This document shows positions 13,181 to 29,290 of a stretch of DNA of 64,000 bases, piece by piece. Numbering within the stretch: the first letter of the stretch is position 1; the number at the start of each line of letters is the position of its first letter. Position numbers and translations under genes: made by a program. The notes beneath the pieces are model-generated. The model was given only the letters and a program-made list of their open reading frames with translations. It was not told where the DNA came from and made no database searches. This DNA is from Tubiluchus corallicola (taxonomy: Eukaryota; Animalia; Priapulida): positions 434,001-498,000 of the forward strand of contig JAQGDQ010000143.1 of NCBI GenBank assembly GCA_030141605.1, in the 5' to 3' direction.

Positions 13181-14940
13181 AACTAAATCAGAAGCTCGCG
13201 AAAATGGCAACTTGTAGACGGCATTCTGGCGGGATCCAGATTTCGCCAGCAGATCGGCAGAGGTGTCTCAGAAAACCTTGCTTAACAATGATGGCGAAAT
13301 AACAGATTTTTGAACTTTTCCCTAATTTGCCAGTAAGTTTCATTTACGTATTTGAAATAACTTTGCGTTACCATACTCGAAACTGTCATACGATGAATTT
13401 TATGTCACAAGTAGCAATGTTCTTTCGATTTTTCTCACCATTCGTTGATTGTATGCTCGTCCATTTGTTCTTTCGTTTGTTTGTTTGCCTCATTCGTTGA
13501 CTGAAATGTCATTTGTTTGTTCATTGGCTAGCCTGCTGGCTAGCTCGGTTATTTACTTGTCCATTAATTTATAACTCATCCTAATTAGTGTAATTGAAAA
13601 CGCTGAGATACTACACCCATAAAGTCTATACAAAACGTCAAGAACAATGATATATGATTGAAGGCAGCCATTATTGTTTTGTTCTATCAGTCAGCAGGTT
13701 TGTTTAACTTGAAACCTGATGCAGCCCAGCATCGTGTTGATGATCATCGATTATCAGGAGGCTTTTGTTAAGTGTCTGCCAAGTATTCTGCACACATCGC
13801 CAGCATGACCACAATCGTTTACATTTAGGAACTGCGGAACAGATCCAGTCTCCAACGTGCAATTTTGCAGCCTTTGTCTTTTGCTTAGCAAAGAAATATG
13901 ATCACTTCTTCCTACTGAATTCGTTAAGTTACTGCTTTGAGTTTTACTGACTTGAATGGTAAAAAGGTAATATATTTGGCAGATATGCGCGACAAAACTT
14001 TACTCGTTTTTCCGATTTATTCATTTCTTTAGTTGATCGTCCTTTCCTTCGATTAATTTTCATTTTAAAATTTTTGATAAATGTGCCATCAAGTTAACAA
14101 AATTCAAATTTCCAAAAAAGCGAGAAACACACGTTTTAGTTAATTTGTAAAAACAGATGTTTAACAAAATAAATAGACAGGTCTATGACTATTTACCAAT
14201 TACTCTTTTTTGTACAAATTAGCAAAACTCGTTGTTTTGCCATAAACGTGTACACTGTTGGCAAAAATCATATCTCGTAAGATGGCCACTCCTTGCAGCT
14301 GAGTTCATCTATGATTTCTTAGAACTCTCGTGATTCATTCAAATTCTTTCAGCATAGTGTATTAAGCCCACTTAAAACCATGAACAAAATAAACCTTAAG
14401 TACCATTTCAAAAGATAATAAAATTTATTTGTTTGCACAGCAATTTATAATAACATTCGAGCATTGGATTATGGTATGCATACGGTTTTAATACATTGTT
14501 AAACCATATTTGCCAAAGATTGAACTATTATTGTCTTTTTGACGCATGCGAAAATTGTCAGTTAAACAAATCATTCAAAGCGTTCTTTCATTTCGCAAAC
14601 ATTGTTTCTTTCTAATCTAATCTAGAGTATCTAATGTTTAAACTATCTAATGTTTAAAAAAGTCGTCTGTATATCATAGACAAGCTCGCTTATAAACAAA
14701 AGTTTTCATAAATAATACAAGATACCACGCTTGTAAAATTAAAACAGCAAAACTAAAATAAATCTGTAAATGTATTTGAGACACCAGCATGTTTTTTTAA
14801 ATTAAACACGCAACAAAGTTTTTAAAAATCTAATCACTGCCGTTACATAAAAATTTGTATGGCCCTGAGATATCACTTGAGGACTTGAGTCCTTATATTT
14901 TTTATTTCCAAATGCCTTTGGGAACGCAGAACATCAGAAA

Positions 14941-14959
14941 GGAAGAGAAAGAGAAAGAA

Positions 14960-14993
<34 letters not shown>

Positions 14994-15024
14994 AGAAGTG
15001 AGAGGGAAAGAGAAAAAGGGAGAG
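14941..15024. repeat. (GA)n/(GAAA)n purine tract
   Basis: Directly visible. Confidence 0.9.
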
Positions 15025-15594
15025 AATTTTCCCATTTTCCAAGTTAGCAGATGTCCGATGTTTCATAAGCTTCGCCGCTTAAATCAATAAAAAATGCGTC
15101 ATTTCGATACTGTTTGGCGGCATAATAAGCTTATTAACAACATTCAGACGAAGACGCTTGTACTTGACTTCGTAAGCCACATACAATCAATCGCGATTAA
15201 TGAGACGCTAGCCGATTATTACTACCCAGGGAAACTTTTGCAAAGGTGGTTGCTGGCAAAAATTAGAGCAATTAGTGGGTCGTAAAAATAAGGCACAATT
15301 TTCTATAAAGGCTAATTCACGCCTAAATTTATTAATAATTAGCGGCGTGCGTTTATACTTGGCTTCATTTACTGTTGCTAAAAGGGAAAGACATGGAATA
15401 TCGTTACTGCAAACTTGCTTTGTAAAATTGGATTTTGTTTTCAGTCAGCAGCACAGTGCTCGCTCTTTTTTAGTAATGCGCTTAAAGGCTTTTTTGATAT
15501 GGCTAACTTAAACCGTCTTACTTTAGAATAGATAAAACTCTATTCTATGAAAAACAGATTTTAAATTTAGAAAATATACTAATGTTTTAATGAA

Positions 15595-17238
<1,644 letters not shown>

Positions 17239-20204
17239 TCTCTCTCTCTCGCTCTCTCTCTCCCTCATAATAAATTGATCAATTATGACTTATGACTTGA
17301 CCTGCATGGTATTCTATTTCATAAATTTTCGCCAGTAGAAGAAATGAATGAGTTGATAAAATGAGGTTGATAATGTTGTATTTTCTTTTACAACTTTCCC
17401 AGTCAGATTTGTACGGTGTAACAAGCCTTAGAAAAGCGTTAAATAAAGTGCCACAGTTAACGAGCTTATTAATGTTAAAGCAGTCGTATTTTAAGACAAG
17501 GGTTCCCTTGAACAACGAAACGCTTTTTATCTATGATTGGAATAGCCTTCCTATAAAATGCGTGAATACAAACACATTCTCAACGTTAGTTTTGCGCGTT
17601 TCCTTCCCTTCTGAACCATTCAAGCCTGTTTTTTAAACCTTAATGTAAAATTCTAAATTATTTTCAAACGTTCCTTTTAGACGCAAAATCATAAATCAAG
17701 TAAGTTTCATCCACAATTGTTGTTGCTCAATTTTGTCTGCTGTTCAAGAAAAAGTAGAACAACAAAATTTATTTCTACGTGCAGAAATGCATTTTAAAAA
17801 AGTAATAGTAAAATTTAAAACAACACATTTTGCTGAAAAAACACAATAAACATTTCTCTATAAAAGGCTGAAACGCATATACAGTGGAAAGCGGTATATA
17901 TAATACTCTGAAGTCAATATAGACTGTAGTTCTCAGTTAGATCTAGTTGTCAGTAAACATTTATAGTTGCTACTTGTTGCACAAGGGTCTGAATTAAAGT
18001 TATTTAGAATATAACACTGCAACTTTAAAACACTTTCATAATTCTTTTTAATTAAATTGGAAAATTGTCGCTCCTACATGCAGTCCGTAATCACTGTTAA
18101 ATCCGAGGAACGTGCCTAATCACTCACTAATTTACTGCCGCAGTTTTGCACTTTTCAAAAATTTGTAAAAGCAAGCAATTCAGGACGCATTATTGAAGTA
18201 ATAAAAAGAGATATACTTACAATGACTATCTAAAAGACTCAGAACGTGTCTTGGGTGCAGTTTTATCACAAGTACTCTGAAAAGTCTGAAAGGCAGGTAT
18301 ATAATTTGAAAGGAAAGCTTTTCCAGTTTAAACTGCCTAATGTTCCGGTACTTGTTTATTTCAACAAAGAGCTACAATGTATTTTGCAAAAGTTATCAGC
18401 TTTCCAGACATTTCTTCATATTTACAGGACAAAACTTTGAAAGAACGTATATTAACTGCGTCACTGTCTATGTCTAAAAATTCAAATGAGGCTAATTAAA
18501 GAAGCGAAGATTTTCCCTATTCAGGAAGTGGACTGTGTTTTAGGATGCCCTTACTCGTGTAGAGCAGCAGTATTCCTCAAATACCTCCATATTTGATATC
18601 ATTTTTTGCAATTGTGAGTTTTTCATGAGGCACGTGTGCAATGATTGCTATCATCATTACTGTCTAAAAGCTGTAGCGCTCACCTCATCTTGAATATACA
18701 TAATAAAGGGTTAGGCGGCATGATCGTTGATTTTATTATTGCACGGCACAAAAATGAAGAAACGAAAACTACACAGGCATTTCACTAGGTATACAATTGA
18801 AGATAACTTTTTAGGGGTTGAAGCACATAGTCATACTTACATATGAGTAGGTGGTTTACTTAGAAGATTTTAGCAAATAGATTAAATACACATACTTCAC
18901 CTAAGGAATTATGCACAAAAACACGCAATAGACATATGCAGTATAATAAGAAGATACCCTATGATTAAGAATGATTTCTATGCTGCTTTTTTCTAATTGT
19001 TGTTGTAGTTACTCGCGCGTAATTAATATCTCGAAATTACCGTGTCTAGGCACATTTAGTGGAGCATTGTTACCATGCATGCACCAGCAATAAATTCACA
19101 CCTACCTGTATATAATATACTGTACTTTTTAATAAAGGCAAAACTCTGTCAGGCATGGTCCATTAATAATTGAGACTGAGTGGAAACATTGCTCTACGTA
19201 ATATAAAACACCTATAATCTAACGTCAAACCAGCTAGGCCATTTGCGGGAAAACTAAATTGAGCAAATTGCGGTTCACCTTCAGCAGGTTTGAGCGAAAT
19301 CAATTGTTCTTGTGGGACTCAGCAATAAAATATTGTGCAAAGTTAAAAGGATCGCTGAGATCCATATTAATTTTGTCTTGAACAATAAAATAAAATAATG
19401 GCGCTGCTATGCATGCAATAATAAGTCCCTTAGTTGTCACAAATGTCTCTGATAAGTGTTTGGTTTATTGGCTTTCACTTTTGTATTAATTGGTATCGTT
19501 GCTAAATTTATTCTTTTTGAAGTTTATATCAAAGATTAGAAAATTGCATCTTTCATCAAAAATCAGAATACTTATTCCTTTCAAACTTTTTTCGAGAAAT
19601 GAAGAATTTTTAATGTCAACGTGAGCAATTCGTATCGAGTTATTATTATTATTTAATACTTATCGTAGATGAGCTTTGCTTTTCTTTACTTAAGGATTTT
19701 CTTTAATTTTTGCGGGTTTCATTTCATCATTACATTCAATTCGTAAATCATTTATTACAAGATCCAAATCCATCAACTCAACACTCATCAAAAAGCCCCT
19801 TTTACTCGTTCTGTACTAACGTTCTATAACTTCTCATGTAGTTATGCATTCTGCAGTAATCTTATAATCTAGTTAATATGCACACGCACGAAGTGAACTG
19901 CTGCTGATGATCATCAGAAAACTTATTATGTGGTTTGTCTAATGAAAATTACTTTCGATCGGCGCTTCTGTTCTAATGGATGTTCCGCAAAATTGCTTCT
20001 AAGACAATAAGTTTTGAAGGTTGCAGTGAGAGAAAATTTATGGCGGCGTTTAAATTGATAGTGCGGTTTCTAGTATCGCGTTCAATGTCGCTAGACCTAA
20101 CGAAAACAGGCAAATTTTAGATTTCTTTGAGCTAATTTTAGACACTCTAAAACAGGTCACTTGATATCCGTGAACGCTTATTTCTGCTTCTTTTTCTGAT
20201 TGTT

Positions 20205-20237
20205 ATTGTTGTCATTATTATTATTATTATTATTATT

Positions 20238-20294
<57 letters not shown>

Positions 20295-20330
20295 GGTCGT
20301 TGTCGTCGTCGTCGTCGTCGCCGCCGTCGC
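20205..20330. repeat. Compound (ATT)n(GTT)n(GTC)n microsatellite
   Basis: Directly visible. Confidence 0.95.
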
Positions 20331-23171
20331 TTTGTTAGTTAGTTCAGCCTGCTGATAAATTGTTGTCTACTTCGTTGCTTATTATCTAATAATATAACAA
20401 ACATATACAATCAAACATAACAACAACATTGATTCTGACATGACACGATACAATCAAGCGTAACATAATAAACGATACTGCTGGTTGGTAACAATGACAA
20501 CGACCTTTCAGGGTGCTAATATTGATAATGACAACAACGAGGCACCATTGATGCTCTCGAGGATGATGACAACTGTTACAGTGACACAATAGCAATGGTC
20601 AGAAAACTATTTTCTAATTACTTCATACCGCCATTCTAAAGCCCAACTTCATCTTCCTTAGCACTGACTTGTAACTGCATAATTTTTACAACTTTTTACA
20701 CGTAATGCTTTTTACTGTCGTAGCAGTGTTCCACAAAAATGGCGACCTCTGTAGAAATTGAACATTACTAGAGCATTATAATTATTCGTCGATCTACTCT
20801 TGTATGTCACAATTATTATTAAATGCGCACAAACATTTACTATTGTACATTGGTTAACTGAAACATCAGAATCTTGTATGCTCCTTTGTGTTTTTGTATT
20901 TTCAAGACAGGACAGGGTGAGTTTCACCACCAGCAGAAAGAGCTCGGAGAAAATGTTTTTTGTATTAGAAAGTCGTAGGTTCAATTGCACCTGCGTGTTA
21001 TGCTGAAGACCTCAAAAACGTTTTTCAACCAAGTACTTTACCTGTACCTTCATCTAAAAAAGAAAAAGTAGTTTCTCACAATATTTTTTGGAAAAATAAT
21101 TCCTCACTGGGTATGCAAGAAATTTTTGTTTGGTCAACAGTTTTCACATTGGACTTAAAGAAATTGACCAAGGGAGAATTGTTAAATCGGGCGACTTATA
21201 ACCCAGTGCCCACTTACTGTTCTGCTTTCGTAAAAGACGTGGATGTTTTCAGGAAACACTAAATGCAACAGAAAAGTAATCACAAAGACATCTGCAGTTC
21301 TCTCCTTCGTCTCTTTTCACTTTCCCCAGCAGGATTTCCCTTATTGCCTATCATTGCTCGGGTCGTGGACGATACTGTGACATTAAGGTGAATTTACTAC
21401 TGCTTTATTGCCGAAGAAAATAACTAGAAAATCGCCAAATGTTTGGCTAAAATTGGAAAATGGATTAACAATAAACGCAAAGAATTCTGTGCTGAAGCAG
21501 CAGCAACGTCCAGCAAAAAGTTAATAGTTTACCTTGTACCTGTCACATGTAGTCGAGTTTTATTAGCGTTTTATCTTACTTTGGGAAAAAATAATTAGAT
21601 TGCTGATTTTTATGAGAGTCTAAATAATGTTTTCCCCTGAGAACTCTGAGACCTTTTTTTACAAAAAGAATAACCCAGTCGCACATGCTCTTTCTATTAT
21701 CATTACAAGCTATTTTTGTTAGCACAAGCAGTTTCGAGATTGGCTTCAAAAATGTCGACCTTCAGCTAAATAAATAAGGTATATTTTACGCCAAGCCAAA
21801 AAAGCGGAATTTTATGTGGTCAAACAAAAGATTTTAAATCTGTCGCTAAGACATCAGCACACTGTTTTACTGACTTGCTAACTCCTTTTCTGTTAACAAA
21901 CTTAGTATTAAAAATAATATTTTTATTAAGATTGGGTTTTTCTTTCCCTTTCGTAACTTTTCCGCTATTTTGTTAAGGATTTGAATAGATATGTTTATCC
22001 TACTTGTGAAACAAGTAAACTATTAATTGCTATTACATTTTTATAGTGGTAGTTTATTATTACCAAGCCGGCATAAATCAGTGTGTAAAGAAAGTCACAG
22101 CTGCTACCTAAACACAAATGATAATACAACGTTACTAGATGCTGTAAATCATCACACTGCAATGTCGTAGTGGGAATTATTTCTATTTACCGAAAGGGCG
22201 ATATTTTCTGTATTCTAAATTTGGCCGTCAGAACAGTTAGACAATGTGGTATACGCTTAGCATAGTTGCCCCGAAAGCAGAAGGTCTTGGGTTCAAACTT
22301 TTTAATTTAGTACTGATTTCGTGCCTAATTTAGTACTGTTGTTTCCGAGAACAGTTCAAAAGAGCACATAAATTTGTTAGGGTTAGATCCAAAGCGTTAA
22401 AATTCGACAATATGGCTGGGTACCACAAAAATTCTGACTCAACTCATTCTGACTGGCTGAGTAATTTAGCACGCCTTCAATCCAAACAGAAACTCGAAAA
22501 TTGCTGTTGATGGTGACGTTGTAAGCACTTATGTCCACTTCTCAGAATTAACAACTGAGAAAGGCCAGATTTTAATGCCACTGTTCGCTTGCCATAATAA
22601 TTGCTGCATAAACTATAACTAAGAGCTTTATAAATATAACACAGTGGTTTAATACAAGCCACTGGTATGCATTGCGCAGAAAATGCACGTTTTATTATAT
22701 TGTAATTCGTGTATTTGGATTTGATTAACGTAAAAGCAAATAAATTTTAGTTCATCGTAGTCTGTGTGATTGTTTTGCTAAAGAGTAATAAAGTATAATT
22801 GAATAAAAGTTTTTACTTCCATAATTGAGCCGGCTATTTAATATGGACCCAAAATTTAAATCAAGTTAATTAAGGCACACATGGCTTTGTCATAAATTAT
22901 GTTAGAAATAATGTAAAATAACTATTCATCATTTATGTCCTTTTACGAAAACTAGCCGCTGTTTTATTTCGCCTTTTCAAACGTTCGCCCACGAATCACA
23001 GGCAATCCTATTACGCAGAATTTACCATATCATTCCATAATCTGTGCAAGTCGTGCTTCCTGTATGAAATAAGATTCAGCGATTATAAGAAACGATTACT
23101 TAAGAAACCGATGCAAAAGCAGCTTTTCTGAAAATCTTCTTTTTTGCAAGTAACAATGCATTACATCGATT

Positions 23172-23262
23172 CATGGTCGAGTGGGCACGCGACATGCTCA
23201 ATGTGAATAGCTTGTGACTGCTTGGGTGAGTTCGTTACTCCTGCTGCGTCATACTGATCCTG
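23172..23262 (+). mobile_element. Old tRNA-derived SINE head, possibly related to the SINE at 43140
   Basis: An A-box-like TGGTCGAGTGG and a B-box-like GAGTTCG are followed by GCGTCATAC, which also follows the B box in the 43140 SINE. Confidence 0.4.
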
Positions 23263-24309
23263 GCTGTTTACCTAGTAGAGAAAGGACGTGTATCATCCGA
23301 ACGTCGCTGAGAATCTCACCTTAGAGGGACATCCGACAATGCGCCACAGCACAAGTATCGCATTGAGAAAGGTCTGCCGTTGAGTGCTGGATTCCGGTTT
23401 ACAGTGTGACGAAATATATAAAGAAAAATTAGAAGAATTTTGTTTGATTATAATTTCATTTCAGACAAGAAAGTCCGAAAGTTTCCAATTCCCAAAGTTC
23501 AGAGAGAATTTATGACCACATTATTAATAGTAGGCAGCGCACGAAATAGTTTAGTGAAGTTTAACATCAAAATTGGCTCCTCCAACTCTACTTAGTTCAA
23601 TCGATTACCATGTTTACATTCTTTAGTTTCGCGATAGTTTATTTAAGCACAACATCTGTCTTCTCTTGTGGTTATGACTTGCAGTTTCACAGCTTGAAAT
23701 TGGGATCTTCACATTTTTTGTCAAGTGTTCGCCCGTGTGAGCGCGGAACAAAAAATAACAAAAAGCCGAAACCATAGATCAGTCTGCTAGCATCTTTTTC
23801 AACAAGGAAATCTGAGCAGTGATCGATAACTTTCGGGCGTGTGGCATTTCAAATAAGTTCGGAAAAATTGAAGGTCTGAACTTGCCAATGACGGAATCGC
23901 AACCATCTGTGGGAAGGGGCGTTCGACACTGATCCCTGAGCTTCTTTCATGGATTGTGGAACGTGAATTAAATAGACAGAACTACTCAGGAGGAGAAATT
24001 CCTTGCTTCATTTGAAAGGTATAATAAATTCACAATTCAGAGCAAGACCAGTAATGTTGCCACCAGTAGCTTCTAACTTTCAAGATGTTTTTTATCCATT
24101 AAGAGATTCAAGATGCTTCAAAATATTTCATTTTGCACTCCCTACTTCATGAGCAGTCGATTTGAGTTTTGACCTACTGTGTTTTTAATCATGCGCCACT
24201 GAAGAGAGCTCAAGGCAGTAACCTCAACAGCCAGCATGTTCAGTGACATTAGTAAAAACTCTGTTTGAGTTTTAAGGTAGCACGCTCATGCGTCCGCTGA
24301 GAATAAGCA

Positions 24310-24430
24310 AATTTCAACGATGACGATCACGATGACGATGATGATAATGACGATGAAAGTGAGGACACCGACGACGATGGCAATGGCCATGATAACAATG
24401 GCGACAATGACAATTATAATATGACGAAGG
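24310..24430. repeat. Degenerate (GAT/GAC/CAA)n repeat
   Basis: Directly visible. Confidence 0.8.
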
Positions 24431-25649
24431 CTGTGATAGGGTTGTACACTGGTAAGCGATTACCGTCGTCACTGTGACAAGATAATATCAAAAGTTCTAC
24501 TTAAAATATTGTAACGTTATTCTACTGCGTCCCTTACAAACTTTTCATCCACATGGACTTGAGGACCGTAGTATGGATTAGTCTACTTGTACTAATCACC
24601 CAATAAATCATGGCCACAACAAAGTCGTGATGAGGAAGCAGAATCGACGTCTTTATTCAAGTTTCACATCTTCGTGAAATCCTATAGTGAGATCTGTTAT
24701 TTTTCTCTTTGATGATTTCACCCAGGTGTTCGAAAACGCATGTCTCTAATAAACAAAGTACGTAAGCACATAAGCCTTTCAGGAATTTTCTACGCGATCA
24801 AACTCTACGATTCTAACAAATTATCCTTATAATCGTTTCTACCAGTGATATTAGTTTCTGGAATGTTTTCTCGGTTCCCAGAACCTACGTCAGGTCACGC
24901 TGCGGCTTAGCTTTTTTTTGGAAGCGTCTCAATTGATTTGGTAGAAGAATTTAGCCTATTTGCCACCAGTTTGCTTGCAAATGGAACATGTTCTGAACAG
25001 ATAACATCAATTCATTCATTCATTCATTCATTCAACAGCCACCTATAAATACTAATAACTGTCTTTCAAAGCAGTCCATCTATCATCTAATCTTGGATGT
25101 TCGAGAAAGAGCAGAAATTTCTTAAGATTAGACCTGTGTAATCCTTCAGTGAACAAAAGCGAGTAAATGCGTTTCAATCTCGTATTGCGTAAGCAGTTGA
25201 TTCGTTTTGCTTTAAGCGACAGAGCATTCCCCACAACGCCATTGAGTTGCTGTATGAATTATTCTGTATTCTTACATCTACTAATATTTTTGTCATTAGC
25301 CGTTGCTGCTTTATGGTGCCATTGTGTCTAAAGACGGTCTGTAATTTCAAAAAGAGCTAACTGAGCTAATTTAAAATTTATAATCTATAATTTAAGTTAC
25401 TTGAACTACTATTTAAGCGCCCGTACAGCTTGCACTTTAAGTTATGCTGTATTGAATATGAGTAATGCGGTTTCTTGTTCCTGGTAACCCATTTGTTACT
25501 CATATGAGCAGTAAAAAGGGGCTTGATAAGGAAAAATATTGTGTGATGTACAAATTAAGGTTGGTTACAAAATGAACTTTTTACTAAATTTCACCGACAA
25601 GTATCACCTGACAAATTCTTATCAAGTTTCTCAAAAGTTTTTAACATAA

Positions 25650-25830
25650 CATAAATTGCTCATTTCGAGTTCAATTTACTCAATCCTAGTATCCAATTAC
25701 TCATTTTGACATCGAGTTATCCACTTTGAGCTCAGATAACTCAATGTTAGCATAAATTTGCTAATTTTGACAAAAGTTACTAAATTTCACCTTCAAATTG
25801 CTCATTCTGAAAGCAAATTGCTCTATTTTT
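25650..25830. repeat. Degenerate ~20-21 bp minisatellite (AATT(G/A)CTCATTTTGA-like)
   Basis: About nine consecutive units carry a ttgctca/ttactca anchor at ~20 bp spacing. Confidence 0.6.
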
Positions 25831-25955
25831 AGTGTTACGTCCTCGGTCATTTGTATAGCAAGTTAATCAACTCTTTCTAAAAAGTACTGAAGCGGAACGT
25901 AATTAAGAACCAACTCGTTTTGAGCTGTTCACTTTTACAGCGATCTTTTGGTTTA

Positions 25956-26059
25956 CCGTATATACTCGCATATAAGCCTACATCGCATATAAGCCGACCC
26001 CCTGATTTCAGTATTGTATTTTATAGTTCTAAATTCGGTTTATATGCGAGTATATACGG
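25956..26059. mobile_element. 104 bp Tc1/mariner (Tc2/pogo-like) MITE with TA target-site duplication
   Basis: It has perfect 20 bp TIRs (CCGTATATACTCGCATATAA ... TTATATGCGAGTATATACGG) flanked by TA at 25954-25955 and 26060-26061. Confidence 0.9.
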
Positions 26060-26133
26060 TAATTAGCATTAAACTTCACAATAGAAACGGGTTGTTTTAC
26101 TTCTTTTTATCAGCGCCAAGGAGGTTATCTTTT

Positions 26134-26368
26134 CGGTGTGGGGTAAAAATGGCACAAGTAAAAATGCACAGGAAAAACATTGGCACAAATGGAAAAGTAC
26201 TAAGTACCTTTGACTAAGTGTGCCATTTTTCCTATGCGATTTTTACCTGTGCCATTTTACGTACTTTTCCATTTGTGCCATTTTGCCCTGTTCCAGTTTT
26301 ACCGTACTATTTTTCATGTGTGATTTTTTCCTGTGATATTTTTACCGTGCCATTTTTCCTGTGCCATA
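26134..26368. mobile_element. Foldback-like element with inverted arrays of AAAATGGCACAGG subrepeats
   Basis: The forward arm (26134-26200) contains GGCACAAATGGAAAAGTAC. The reverse arm (26215-26368) contains its complement GTACTTTTCCATTTGTGCC. Confidence 0.7.
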
Positions 26369-26896
26369 GGATGTTTGATTTGTTGGTTGCTGAGTCGGTG
26401 GGTCGGTGGTCGGTCGGTTGGTTGATTAGACAAATTGTGGTGTGACATTTTGCCTTTACGGCCGCGTTTTCTGTTTAATTTAGCATTAATCTTCACAACC
26501 GAAACGGGTATTTTTTCATTTCTCCTTTTCGCACTATTTATTTTCCTGACACATTGTCTAACTCATTGAAGCCAAGAAGTTCTTCACATATATCTGACAC
26601 CGATCCGCTCTGATGGTCGTTTGTGAATGATAAATTGTTGGCAAAAATTTTAATGGCGGACATTTACAAATTGATCTACGACTGTAACGTAATTGAAGTA
26701 AATTTTAATGTCAAGGTTTCAATAATTCATGAAGCACTTAAATCGGTTAAAACTGTACAATGTGAATCATAAAAACTCTTCTCGGAAAATTATGAAAATA
26801 ATAGTTGAAAACATGTTTATCGTAATGATGGAATTAATGCACAATTATTAAGTTCTTGGCCCTAACTGGACTCAAAGGCAAAAATTTTAAAAATCC

Positions 26897-26971
26897 TGGA
26901 CTCAGCATGGATTTGAACCAGGGGCTTTGAAATTGCAAATAAATGTCATCACCACTAAACTACACAGCCCC
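26897..26971 (-). pseudogene. tRNA-like relic (tRNA pseudogene or SINE head)
   Basis: The minus strand reads GGGGCTGTG-TAGTTTAGTGG(A box)...TTGCAAT...GGTTCAAATCC(B box)ATGCTGAGTCCA. The stems pair poorly, so this is not a functional tRNA. Confidence 0.55.
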
Positions 26972-28544
26972 TACGATCTTGCCAGATCTTAATTCAATCT
27001 AAATAGCTTACTAACAATTCAGCTCTTTCAAGCATTTGTGTAATTAGTGAGTGTTGGCGTTATAATTCAAAGATTCCTCGTTCAAATTCAGTACCAGCTG
27101 TTTCACATGTCCTGTCTTTTGGTCAATTTTGGTTTCAAAAATTCAATAATCGTGCGTTCATTTCATCATTAATAAATATCCTGAAATTAAAAAGTTGTGT
27201 ACACAATTATATGTATATTATAAAACGAGCTATAAACTTTATCATTAGACATTTTTAACCATGACTTCATATGACTGGAAATTGAAAAATAAGAGAACAG
27301 ATTTCAAACAGGTAATCATAAGTCATAACTACTTTGAGCACCTTTCTGATGACAAATGATCTTAAAACTATTTTAAACAACCTACCGTTTCCTTTACATA
27401 TCAGTTTCCTCTAACTGATCACTTTTGCGTGAGTAAAATTGTATGAAAGGAAATAATGACCCAGACAGAAATAAAACAAGTTGAAACTACAAGTTGTTAC
27501 CGCCAAGTAAGCCGCCATTCTAAAAAAACAACCAAAGAACTAAAATAAGCTGAAATACTGTAGCTATAAGACTTTAAACATCGTTTCACGAACCATATAT
27601 TTTGAATGAAGTAAAGTGAGCGACTGTTTCGAAATATTTTTAACCCTTGTTTATTTTTAACTGTAAATATCTTAATCGTAATAATGCAAAACACTTAAGG
27701 GATGTTAATTAATTTCGTCGTGATATTCTGGCGTGTTTACGAGCGATATTCAGCAACAAACGTCCCGACTAAATGAATAATTACAAGTTATTGTTTGTGT
27801 GTATTTATGTGTTTAGTTATTACTCCACATGCTAACAATACAGAAACAGCAATATCTTTTGCAAAAGTACACATAAGAGATAACATAATAAACTTAAACA
27901 AGATATAGGCCAACGACTGTAATTGTATTTATCAGCCCATATTTGGCGGAGTGTTTTTATACGACCCCGTAAATAAAAATGGGCGATTTGATAGAAATAA
28001 AATGCGGTTCAAAATTTCATAATAATATTAAATAAAATAAGCAGTCACGGTAAAGGGTGTACTGTCTTTTGCGCAAATGATGGTAGAAATGAAATAAAAG
28101 ACAGTCGCTCATTGGAAATGTGCATTATTGACTAAGGAATGAAGAATTTGAAAGTTTTAAAACGGTTTAAAGTATTTCATGCACAAAAAATGCGTTTTAT
28201 CTTCCGCACAAGCTAACATGGATTTTCTTATTGATTTCAACTAATATTATAGTTATAGTTATAGCGAAGTTTGGAAAATTCAGCAATCAAAATCCCCATT
28301 GATGTAGCTTTTGAATGCCTCATAAAGTGCACAGCTTGCAGAACATTCATAACAAATAAAACGATTTTAAAGAAGAAATCTATCGCAGCATAAATTGTGA
28401 TCTTCTTTGGCTACTCGGTTTCGTCTGCGACTTCGAGCATGCGCACGTCAACGTTTGGCGCAGACAGTATCAATTTCATTATTGCCAACGCATTCGTGAT
28501 TGCTGTCCCCATTTTCGTTGTTTTTCTTTTCATTTTTCAGGGAG

Positions 28545-28775
28545 ACATTTTTTCAAAGAATTGTGTCAGCTTTCGACAGTCCTTTGCAATGGCTGTGGTC
28601 TCTGCAAATCACGGTAGCTATTAACCATGTTTCAATGCATATTTGAGTCCATTGTTTGTCATCGTGTTCCAGTTGCTTGTCCACTGGTGTCTTTTTACTA
28701 TTGAATTTGACCAATGACACGTCGATAAAAATTCTCTATCTTTTCCAAGAGGCAACACAATACAAAGGTCATTTA
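28545..28775 (-). mobile_element. Degenerate RTE-like LINE 3' remnant
   Basis: Frameshifted translation gives 'LEKIENFYRRVIGQIQ' and 'KQWTQICIETWLIAT...RDHSHCKGL', resembling RTE 'EKLENL..TGKIEGKR...KEWTG......RATEDR..WR'. Confidence 0.35.
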
Positions 28776-29074
28776 ACAGTCGCCGAGCGCAAAAACCTCA
28801 AAATTTGCTACAGCCCTGACTTCTCATAATTACATAATACGGTTGAATATCCGGCTAATGTTACAGACTGATTTTGTCATCATGCTAATCGCAAAACAGC
28901 ATAAAATATGACCTGCACCCACGGGACCTTTCACTAATCGCGGGTTGCTTTAAATAAACCACATAAACGTACATTTGCAGCCAAATTTTTGGTTTTTCGG
29001 AGGCTGTACTTATATAACATAAGAATAATATAGACAAAAGAGACTTTTTGCAAGTACTACGAAGTAAATTAATG

Positions 29075-29290
29075 GTACTACTACTGCTGCTGCTGCTGCT
29101 GCAGAACCCGCAGATTTCTTACCTGCTGTCGATCATTGTGGCAGGACAGGAATCTAGCTCATTACCAAGAATGACCCTCTCATCCACCGTCTAATCCTCC
29201 GTCTTTGATTTCCCATATTGCCTTTCTCGTCGAGAAAAAAGCCAGGAAGAGTATGGTTGATGAAAAACCGGACGCGACCAGCCATGTTCG
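29075..29290 (-). mobile_element. Possible second RTE-like 3' remnant with (GCA)n(GTA)n tail
   Basis: 'MAGRVRF...KGNMGNQRRRIRRWM' and 'NDRQQVRNL' are followed by a trinucleotide tail on the minus strand. Confidence 0.3.

Noticed and set aside
19904-19945. Hammerhead-like CTGATGA...GAAA
   Set aside because: It is simply the palindrome CTGATGATCATCAG, and no stem I can form.
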